From an uncultured Chloroflexia bacterium (GTDB lineage: Bacteria; Chloroflexota; Limnocylindria; Limnocylindrales; CSP1-4), in contig CAVTPA010000001.1 in NCBI GenBank assembly GCA_963736545.1, positions 1,793,660 to 1,857,659 of the forward strand: DNA of 64,000 bases, read 5' to 3'. A program made the translations under genes and the position numbers. Of this stretch, positions 49,127 to 57,158 are shown piece by piece (within the stretch, counting starts at the first letter, position 1; every line of letters begins with the position of its first letter). A model generated the notes under the pieces. It saw only the letters and a list, made by a program, of their open reading frames with translations. It was not told the origin of the DNA and ran no database searches.

Positions 49127-49402
49127 TCAGCCGCGTAGGTCGGCGAGCAGGGTATCCATGTCCTCGTACGCAGTCGAGCCGCCGGCGGCGTACTCCGCCT
49201 CCGCCTCGCGGACCTCCCGCAGGAACAGCGCGCGACGCGCTGCCCGCAGCTCGTCCCGTTCAGCCTCGTACTGCCTGGCCTCCACGAGGTAGGCCGTCGT
49301 CTGCGAACGCTGCAGGATGGCGACCGGCTCCTCTGCGTCGTGCAGCGACTCGAGGATCTCGGCCGTCCGCTGGCGAAGCTCCGTCACACCGATACTCTTC
49401 AT
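49127..49402 (-). CDS. Phd/YefM-family antitoxin
   Basis: 91 aa. N-terminal SIGVTELRQRTAEILESL...EPVAILQRSQTTAYLV, typical of Phd/YefM. Confidence 0.8.
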   Translation of the reverse strand: MKSIGVTELRQRTAEILESLHDAEEPVAILQRSQTTAYLVEARQYEAERDELRAARRALFLREVREAEAEYAAGGSTAYEDMDTLLADLRG

Positions 49403-49411
49403 TGTATGCTG

Positions 49412-49423
49412 TAGCGTACGCTA
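49412..49423. promoter_or_regulatory. candidate toxin-antitoxin operator (perfect 12-bp palindrome)
   Basis: TAGCGTACGCTA lies 10 nt upstream of the antitoxin start codon. Confidence 0.35.
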
Positions 49424-49572
49424 GACAGTCCCGCATGGCAAGCGCCGGCACCAGGCCCCGGCCATCGCCTGGGTCTCTTCGTGTGTTGACCCGCGTCGCC
49501 TGGGGATACGACAAGATTGACCCGACCCGATCGGCTGCTGCTCGCGTTCGTGGCGCGCCCCAGGCCCCCCGG

Positions 49573-50022
49573 TCAGGTGCCGGAAGCGGTCGCGAGGGAC
49601 ACGACCAGCGCCGCCACGAACCCGCCGACAAAGCAGGCGATCATGACCCCCAGCGTTCTCGAGTACCCCCTGGGGGTGAGCTGGTCGGCCCGGTCGAGTC
49701 GGACGATGGCCGGGTACAGGCGCCAGAAGAAGGTGAGGATCGAGAGGATCAGCGCGACGACCGCCAACGCCTTGGTGGTCGGGCTGCCCGTGACGAGGAT
49801 CACCACCAGGAGGGCCACGAAGATGAGCTTGGTGCCCGCCACCCAGTCGACCAGGTAGCGGACGAGCTCGTGCGTCTCCGGGTCTGCCTCGGACTTCCGG
49901 TAGGCGTTGAACACGCCGATCCCGTTCCCGAGCCGTGAGCCCGGACGGAAGTAGAGGATGCCGATGTTGAGCGTCTCGATGACGACAAAGACGATGATCG
50001 CGACCGCGAGGATGTCCATCAC
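49573..50022 (-). CDS. hypothetical 4-TM membrane protein
   Basis: 149 aa with four clear hydrophobic helices. No family recognised. Confidence 0.5.
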   Translation of the reverse strand: MMDILAVAIIVFVVIETLNIGILYFRPGSRLGNGIGVFNAYRKSEADPETHELVRYLVDWVAGTKLIFVALLVVILVTGSPTTKALAVVALILSILTFFWRLYPAIVRLDRADQLTPRGYSRTLGVMIACFVGGFVAALVVSLATASGT

Positions 50023-50049
50023 CTACCCCGGAGAGCGAGAGCCTGCGCC

Positions 50050-50589
50050 TCAGCCGGCGACCAACGCCGGGAGGGCCTCCATGCCGAAGGGCCGCGCGGC
50101 CCGGAGGGTGATGCGCTCCAGCTCCCGCCGCGCCGCGTCGGGAAGCGGTGCCGGCTGGTAGCTCCCGACCAGCCTCTCGACACGCTCGGACGCCCGCTCG
50201 AAGGCCGACTTCGCCCCCGCCTGTTCCCACTCCTCGAGCGTCGAGCGATCGATCACCTCGGAGGGGAAGAAGAGCTCGCGGCGGAACCACCGGTGGGTAT
50301 GCGGGTCGGCCAGGTACTCGGCGTTGTGGCCCATCTCGCGCATGAGGGTCAGCGCGATCGGCTCCTCGCGCGCCTCGATGCCGGCAACCAGGCGGCGCCC
50401 CATCCCGATGATGTCGGCATCGATGACGACCTTCTCGAGGCTCTGGGCGCTGTCGGCTCCCGCCTCGGCCAGGAGCCGGAGCGCCTCCTCGTTGTGGACG
50501 CGAATCCCCGGGTCCGCGAGGAGCGCCATGCCCTCGGCGATGATGCGCTCGACCAGGTCCGAGCTGAGCAGTTCGACCGCGGGCCTCAT
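50050..50589 (-). pseudogene. MttB-family (trimethylamine methyltransferase superfamily) remnant with a large in-frame internal deletion
   Basis: 179 aa. The first ~45 aa (LSSDLVERIIAEGMALLADPGIRVHNEEALRLLAEAGA) match the family N-terminus. The rest (SLEKVVIDADIIGMGRRL...HTHRWFRRELFFPSEVIDRSTLEEWEQAG) matches the C-terminal ~130 aa. The TIM-barrel core is missing. A good GGAGGA SD is present. Confidence 0.6.
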
Positions 50590-50896
50590 CGTCTCCTCCG
50601 CCCTTGTGCGTGCCGGTCGATGGTATGCCACGGCGTCGGGCCGCAGCGATCCGGTCCCGACCCAAGCGGCGGTGAGCCGAGAGCCGCGCTGACGACGAGG
50701 TGGAGGCCATGCCGATGCTGGCACACGTTGCGGGGTCGCGACACGTCGCGACAGGCATCGACACGGTCGCGACGGTGTCTTGACGGCGGTTCGGTCTGAC
50801 GACATGCTCCGCGGGTCCAGCACGGCCCAGGCCCGAGTCGCAGTGGCTCCCCGGGAAGGCCGCGATGCGACATCCGAGCGCACCCGGAGGCGTCCC

Positions 50897-53118
50897 ATGA
50901 TCCGTGGCGGTAGATCGGTTCCACGTCGTCTTCTCGCGGTCGGGATCGCACTCATGCTGGCGACGCCGGCGGTCGTCCTGCTGCCGGGTCGTGTGGCGGC
51001 GGCTCACGCGGTGCCGTGGCGCTTCACCGCGGTCGTCGAGCAGGGCTCCCGGGTCGACGCGTTCTCGGTCAGGAGCTTCGTCCTGCAGTGTCCCGCCGGG
51101 TACACCGCGGTGTCGGGGGGCATGTACTCCGTGTCCCATCCGTCGGGCGCGAGCTTCGCCGCGCAATACGTCCACCGGGTGCTGGAGTATCCGGGTCCTG
51201 CCGACGGGACGTACCACATCCAGGTGCGCAACGACGACTACCTTGACGTGTCCGTCTCGGTGAAGGCCAACTGCGTCTGGCTCGACGACGTCGGCACGAT
51301 CACGACCGTCACCACGGAGTTCGCGCGCAACGGCAGTGGACGTGCGGGCGGCATCCTGCGCTGTCCGGCGGGCACGTCCGTCCTCAGCGGTGGCGTCGAC
51401 TGGTCGAACTTCAATGCCGGCCGCAACATCGACTACAGCACTCCGATCACGGATGGCACCAGCCTGTTCACGGGCTGGTATGTCGCCGGATACAGCCCGG
51501 TCGCGGGCGTGCTCGGGATCGAGCTTCGCTGCGTGTCGACCTCGCTGCTCGCGGGTGCCTACGCCACGGCCGACGACAGCACGGCCGCCTCACCCGGTGT
51601 CGGCAACGTCACGGCCACGTGCGGGAGCGGGACCCGGATCCTCACCGGGGGCGCCGGCCCGGCCGGGACCAAGAGCCCGGGGAGCGACCAGGGACAGGCG
51701 TTCGTGTCCGGCCCGTCGGCCGACGGAACGTCTACGTACTGGAAGGAATGGAGGGCCACGGCGTATCAGGCATCAGGCGTCACGCTGCGTGCCCTCGCCC
51801 TGTGCGTCCCGGCCAGCGCGGTGTCCGCGTCGTTCTCGCAGACGCCGTCGGACCCCTCGTCGGGCAGCGGCACGTTCACGTTCACCGCGAGCGACTCGGC
51901 CGGCGAGACGCTGGCCTACAAGTGCCGCCTCGACGGCAACGCGCTGCCGCCATGCTCGCCCGGCAATCCCGTCAGCTGGGGCCCGGTCGCGGACGCCAAG
52001 CACGAGTTCACCGTGACCGTCACGAACCAGTCGGGCGACTCGGAGACGATCGGCTACAACTGGACCACCGACGCGGCGGTGCCGGTCGTCTCCGATCACA
52101 TGCCGACGACCGATGCCTCGCTCACCGGCGCGTTCACGATCACCTTCTCCGAGTGGGTCGACGGGGTCACCGCGTCGTCGTTGGTCGTCCACGCCCAGAG
52201 CGCGAACGCCAACGTCAGCGGGACGATCGGTCGTCCGAGCGCGACGGTCGTGACGTGGACGCCAACGGCCAGGCTTGTCCCGGGTGAGACCTACAACGTC
52301 TCACTCACGTCGGCAATCCATGACTACGTCGGCAACCCGCTGGCCGCGACGTCCTTCAACGTACGCACCACGACGATCGTGGAGAACACGTCCGCCGCGC
52401 TGCAGCGGCGCTGGGACGTCGATCGATCGTCGATCGCCAGCGGCGGCGCCTACATCGTGTCCCGCCTCGCCGGCAGCCGCGCAGAGCGGACGTTCACGGC
52501 CTCGGCCGGCCAACGGATCTCGGTCTACGGCATCCGGCTTCCGAGCGGAGGCAACGCCGCCATCTATCTCGACGGGAAGAAGGTGGCGACGCCGTCCTTC
52601 TACGCCGCGTCGTCCACGCGCAGTCGCGTCTACCGGAGCCCGTCGCTGCGGGCCGGCAAGCACACGATCTCCATCAGGCCGCTGGGCACGAAGCCCGCGG
52701 CGTCCAGCAACTCGTGGGTCGCAATCGACAACGTCGTGATCGGCGGCAGCGTGAAGCAGGAGACCTCGCTCGAGCAGCGGTTCGCCCGCGTGAACACGGC
52801 CAGCGCCTACGGTGGCTCCTACGACACCTTCACCTCGGCCAACGCGACCGACACGACGCCCGCCCAGGTCGAGCTCACGTTCGTCGGCACCGGGGTCAGG
52901 GTCTACGCCACGAAGACGCTGCCTCGGGCCGCGCCCGCGTCTACATCGACGGCGTGCTCAAGACGACCCTGGACCTCAACAAGGCGCGAACCACCCACAA
53001 GGTGCTCGTGTACTCGACGACGGTGGGGCCCGGGGTGCACACGCTCCGCATCGAGGCGGTGGGCACGAGAACCGGGGCGAAGTCGTCCGTCAACCTGGAT
53101 CGCATCACCATCGACTGA
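50897..53118 (+). pseudogene. large secreted protein (Cys-Gly repeat modules + SbsA-type Ig-like domain + two C-terminal beta-sandwich modules), frameshift at the G-run 52926-52928
   Basis: - Signal peptide MIRGGRSVPRRLLAVGIALMLATPAVVLLPGRVAAAHA.
- Three CPAG/CGSG...SGG/TGG modules.
- An Ig-like segment, VPVVSDHMPTTDASLTGAFTITFSEWVDGV.
- The last ~65 aa (GRARVYIDGVLKTT...NLDRITID*) are in the frame of ORF 52714..53118.
The frameshift could be a homopolymer assembly error. Confidence 0.7.
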
Positions 53119-53348
53119 GCGGGACCGCGCCGCGATGCCGTGGTCGCGGAGTGTCCCTCGCGCCCGCCTACGCCGACGGATGGGCCTACCTTCAGGTTCG
53201 AGCAGACGCGGGGCGAGATCCAGGCGGCCATCGGTGATGGGCTCGACATCACGACCGCCGGACTCCGGGGCATCACGGTTCGCCGGATCTCCTGGGCTGC
53301 CACTGCCGGGGAGCAGCGGACGCCGAGGCTCCCCCTCGACCCGCGACC

Positions 53349-54083
53349 TCAGCCCGACAGCGGTGGCTCGCGCAGCAGGGCTGCCCCGATCCCCTCGATC
53401 ACGACGGCGAGGCCCACCTCATACTGCTCGACGAGCGTCCGGGCGCCAATGACCGGGGCGACCTCGGCGATCGCCGGCCAGTCCCCGGCGTCGAGCGAGC
53501 GCAGGTAGCCGGCGCCCTCCGCCTGCACCGCGCGGAACTCAGGCGACCGGCGAGCCGTGGCCGTGAACCCCAGCTGGAACAGGTAGAGGGACTGGTAGGC
53601 GTCGAAGGCGGCCTCGGGCGACAGGCCGGCGCCACGCAGGATCGCCAGGATCCGCTCGAAGAGGGCGATCCCCGCCGGACCGAAGCGGGCGCGTCCGACC
53701 ATCAGCTCCACCGCGTTCGGATGCTCGAGCAGCGGTCCCAGCATCGCCACGTGGACGCGGCGCAGCTGGCGCCGCCAGTCGCCCTCGGCCGGCGGGACCT
53801 CGACCGACTCGAGCACCCGCTCCCCGATCCGGTCGAGCAGGTCCGCCTTGTCGCGCACGTGCCAGTAGACGGCCATCGGCGTGACGTCGAGCTCGGTTGC
53901 CAGCCGCCGCAGCGAGAGTCCGTCGATGCCCTCGGCGTCCACGAGCCGGAGGCCGGCCTCGACGATCCGCTCCCGGTCGAGTCCGGGGTGGGACGCGCGC
54001 CGCCGCCGGCGGATGGGTTCCTCGCGCCAGGGAGCCGGCGGCAGCGGCGGCCGGTCGCCCCCGTGGTTCGTCTTCTCTGCCAT
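53349..54083 (-). CDS. TetR/AcrR-family transcriptional regulator
   Basis: HTH IVEAGLRLVDAEGIDGLSLRRLATELDVTPMAVYWHVRDKADLL, with a TetR_C-type C-terminal domain. Confidence 0.9.
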   Translation of the reverse strand: MAEKTNHGGDRPPLPPAPWREEPIRRRRRASHPGLDRERIVEAGLRLVDAEGIDGLSLRRLATELDVTPMAVYWHVRDKADLLDRIGERVLESVEVPPAEGDWRRQLRRVHVAMLGPLLEHPNAVELMVGRARFGPAGIALFERILAILRGAGLSPEAAFDAYQSLYLFQLGFTATARRSPEFRAVQAEGAGYLRSLDAGDWPAIAEVAPVIGARTLVEQYEVGLAVVIEGIGAALLREPPLSG

Positions 54084-54115
54084 TCGGGGCTCCCGTGTAT
54101 GGGCCGTTTGTCACT

Positions 54116-54128
54116 TGTACAGTGTACA
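54116..54128. promoter_or_regulatory. candidate TetR operator in an AT-rich divergent promoter region
   Basis: TGTACA-G-TGTACA, palindromic about its centre. It lies in the locally AT-rich stretch 54100-54165, between the TetR gene and a divergent membrane-protein gene. Confidence 0.35.
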
Positions 54129-54281
54129 GCGCATATACACTATACATCGTATAAGCAATACCCACCAACGTTCATCGGGAGGGCAACCGTGAAGACCGTG
54201 ACAGAGCGGGACGTCAGCAGCGCAGCCGTCGGCGCGCGAGCAGCAGTCGGCCCCGGGAGGCCGGAAGGGAGCAGGGGTCGG

Positions 54282-54627
54282 ATGGACCAGGTCATCAGCG
54301 CCGTCGTGGACGGCGTCATCGTGCCCGTGACGGGCGTCATCCCGGTCCTGCTGACGAGCGGGATCCTCTTCCTCGTGTTCGCCGCGCTGTGGCTCGCCTT
54401 CGGCGCCGGCATGATCCTGAACCAGGGCGGGCTGGACAACGCCTGGGAGTGGATCGGCAGCCTGCCGCTGATCGTGCAGGGCGATCGCCTGGCTCCTCTT
54501 CCTGCCGGTCGTCGGTGCGCTCTGGGCGTGGGAGACGAGCTGGCCGCTCGTGCTGCGGCTCGTGATCGTCGCCGGCCTCTGCGGCTGGAGCCTGATGATC
54601 TTCCTCCCTCGTTCAGCGCAGGCATAG
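54282..54627 (+). pseudogene. small membrane protein, frameshift near 54482
   Basis: MDQVISAVVDGVIVPVTGVIPVLLTSGILFLVFAALWLAF...LPLIVQ continues in the +1 frame as AIAWLLFLPVVGALWAWETSWPLVLRLVIVAGLCGWSLMIFLPRSAQA*. The span is 346 nt (3n+1). There is an extra G in a G-run, so this could be an assembly error. Confidence 0.5.
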
Positions 54628-54683
54628 GTCGCCCGCTCGAATGCGACACCTGGCAGCGCGCAATCGCTGCCGTTCGGCCGCGC

Positions 54684-54728
54684 GCACGCCGGCGTTGGGC
54701 GTGCCCGGGGGCCTGTTCGGGACTGAGA
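54684..54728 (+). repeat. 45-bp imperfect direct repeat (42/45), copy A
   Basis: GCACGCCGGCGTTGGGCGTGCCCGGGGGCCTGTTCGGGACTGAGA. In frame it reads HAGVGRARGPVRD*, mimicking the C-terminus of the downstream hydrolase. Confidence 0.85.
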
Positions 54729-54958
54729 ACCGCAGGCGAGCCGGGCTCAGTGGCCGACGTCAAGACCATCGAGCTGTGCTGGGTCCGGGACGCAACATCA
54801 AGGCTCTCGACCTCGTGCGGCTTGCATGGCGCCTGATCTCGAGGGCACAACGTTGCCGCCAGATATCGCATCCCGCGGTGTTGTCCCCGCGCACCCACAG
54901 CCCGGGTGCGCCATTGCCTCCGAACGCGCCAGGTCCCCCCGACCGGTACGATCCCGGG

Positions 54959-55864
54959 GTGGTGGCCAGACCTGAGCCCGGCGTCAATCCCGATGCCGTT
55001 CCGGGAGCGGGGTCGCCGCGCCTGCATGTCCTCCGCGCCAACGGCACCACGCTGCACGTCGAGGTCCGGGGGTCGGGGCCGGCACTGCTGATCATCCATG
55101 GCGGCGGCGAGGATGCCGAGGTGTGGCGCGCGGTCGCCGAGCGCCTCAACGACCTCACGGTCGTGACCTACGACCGGCGCGGCACCCTGCGAAGCGGCCG
55201 CGACGACTGGCCGGGGGCCGGCTCGGGCCAGCACGCCGACGATGCGGCCGCCGTGCTCCGCGCACTCCGGCTCGGTGACGCCACGGTCTTCGGGGCCAGC
55301 TCCGCCGGGATCGTGGCGCTGCAGCTGGCGCTCCGCCACCCCGAGCTGATCCGCCGGGCCCTCGTGTTCGAGCCGGGGCTCTTCCGCCAGTTGAGCGGCG
55401 GGGCGCCATCGACCGCGCCGGTGCAGCACGCCGTCGACCGCCACCTCGCGGCCCGCCCGGGCGACTGGGTGGGTGCCCTGGCGGTCTTCAGGCGCGAGGT
55501 GGCGTCCGCGATGGGGCCTGCCGCCGACGCTCTCGCCGCGCCGCCGCAAGGAAAAGAATGGTACGCGGCCCGCGAGGAGGCGAACGCCGAGGCCTTCGTG
55601 CGCGACGACCTTGCCGTCCTGACGCGGGAGCGGGTCGACGAGGCCGAGCTGGCGTCGGCCGCCGTCGACATCCGGTTCTCGTTCGGAACGGCGTCGATGC
55701 CGATCTTCCGGGCGATCGCGACGCAGCTCGCCACCGTTCGCAATGCGAGCCCGATCGCCATCGAGGGCGTGGGTCACCTCGTCTACTACGACCCGGACCT
55801 GGCAGCCGCGCATCTCCGCGTGCACGCCGGCGTCGGGCGCGACCGGGGGCCTGTTCGGGACTGA
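54959..55864 (+). CDS. alpha/beta-fold hydrolase
   Basis: LLIIHGGGED and the nucleophile elbow GASSAG, with a C-terminal GVGHLVYYD (His). The start is uncertain: GTG 54959 was chosen within ORF 54641..55864. Confidence 0.8.
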   Translation: MVARPEPGVNPDAVPGAGSPRLHVLRANGTTLHVEVRGSGPALLIIHGGGEDAEVWRAVAERLNDLTVVTYDRRGTLRSGRDDWPGAGSGQHADDAAAVLRALRLGDATVFGASSAGIVALQLALRHPELIRRALVFEPGLFRQLSGGAPSTAPVQHAVDRHLAARPGDWVGALAVFRREVASAMGPAADALAAPPQGKEWYAAREEANAEAFVRDDLAVLTRERVDEAELASAAVDIRFSFGTASMPIFRAIATQLATVRNASPIAIEGVGHLVYYDPDLAAAHLRVHAGVGRDRGPVRD

Positions 55865-55866
55865 GA
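55822..55866 (+). repeat. 45-bp imperfect direct repeat, copy B (3' end of the hydrolase gene)
   Basis: GCACGCCGGCGTCGGGCGCGACCGGGGGCCTGTTCGGGACTGAGA. Confidence 0.85.
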
Positions 55867-55991
55867 TCCGGCGCTACAGTGCCCGCAGCGGGATCGTTCG
55901 GTGGTCCCGACGGAGCCTGCGTCCCGCCTGAGCTCTGCTCGCCTCGAGAGCCCTGCTCGCCCACGGCGGTCGACGCGCGTGGAGGGCGGCG

Positions 55992-57110
55992 ATGGACATA
56001 CCGGAACCCACCGCGACGGGCACGGCATCACCCGGCGACGACGCTGTCCGGGACGCGTTGGTGGGGCGGCTGTTCGACGCGGCGCTCGGCACCTTCGACC
56101 TTGCCGCCCTCCACGTCGGCGAGCGACTCGGCCTGTACGCCGCCCTCGCGAGCGAGGACTTGACCGCAGGCGAGCTCGCTGCCGTCACCGGGACCGCGCC
56201 ACGGTACGTCCGGGAGTGGCTCGAGCAGCAGGCGGTGACCGGCATCCTCACGGTCGACGACCAGGAGGCGGGCGAGGACGAGCGGCGATACTCGCTGCCG
56301 GCCGGCCACCGGGAGGTCCTGCTGCACCCGGAGAGCCTCGCGTTCATGGCTCCCGTCGCCCGCCTGATGATGGGCATCGCCGCCCAGACGCCGCGCCTGC
56401 TCGACGTCTTCCGAACGGGCGCCGGCCTGTCGTGGGAGGCGTACGGCACCGACGTCCGCGAGGGGCAGGCGTCGATGAACCGGCCGATGTTCGCGAACCT
56501 GCTCGGCCCGGAGTGGCTGGCCTCGATCCCCGACGTCGACGCCCGCCTGCGGTCCGATCCGCCCGCCCGGGTCGCGGACATCGCCGTCGGCGGTGGCTGG
56601 TCCGCGATCGCGATGGCCCGCGCCTATCCCAAGATCCGCGTCGACGGCCTCGACCTCGACCCGGGATCGATCGAGCTGGCGCGCGCCAACCTGGCCACGA
56701 CCGAGGTCGCCGACCGGGTGACGTTCATGATCCGCGATGCCGCCGATCCGGGTCTTGCCGGCCGGTACGACCTCGCGACCATCTTCGAGGCGGTCCACGA
56801 CTTCTCTCAGCCCGTGTCGGTCCTGAGAGCGGTGCGGAACCTGCTGGCGCCCGGCGCAAGCCTGCTCGTCGCAGACGAACGCGTCGCCGAGCGCTTCACC
56901 GCGCCGGGCGATCCCGTCGAGCGCTTCATGTACGGCTTCAGCTTCCTGCTGTGCCTGCCGAACGTGCTGGCGGACGACGAGACCGTCGGCACCGGCACGG
57001 TGATGCGGCCCGATGTGCTCCGTCGGTTCGCGGCCGACGCCGGCTATAGCCGCGTCGACATCCTCCCGATCGAAGCCGAATTCTGGCGGTTCTATCGCCT
57101 CGTCCCGTGA
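55992..57110 (+). CDS. class I SAM-dependent methyltransferase with an N-terminal winged-helix domain
   Basis: 372 aa. wHTH (TAGELAAVTGTAPRYVREWLEQQAVTG) and SAM motif I, VADIAVGGGWSAI. Confidence 0.85.
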   Translation: MDIPEPTATGTASPGDDAVRDALVGRLFDAALGTFDLAALHVGERLGLYAALASEDLTAGELAAVTGTAPRYVREWLEQQAVTGILTVDDQEAGEDERRYSLPAGHREVLLHPESLAFMAPVARLMMGIAAQTPRLLDVFRTGAGLSWEAYGTDVREGQASMNRPMFANLLGPEWLASIPDVDARLRSDPPARVADIAVGGGWSAIAMARAYPKIRVDGLDLDPGSIELARANLATTEVADRVTFMIRDAADPGLAGRYDLATIFEAVHDFSQPVSVLRAVRNLLAPGASLLVADERVAERFTAPGDPVERFMYGFSFLLCLPNVLADDETVGTGTVMRPDVLRRFAADAGYSRVDILPIEAEFWRFYRLVP

Positions 57111-57158
57111 ACGGACCCTCCGCGACCTGCCCGCAGCCTTCGTTCGGGCGTGCTTGGC

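Noticed and set aside
43198-50600. A second island to the right of the tRNA (toxin-antitoxin module, gene remnants, truncated ROK-like gene)
   Set aside because: I could not find any downstream copy of the tRNA 3' end (for example GGTTCGAATCC) in 43.2-64 kb, and there is no second integrase. The idea remains speculative.
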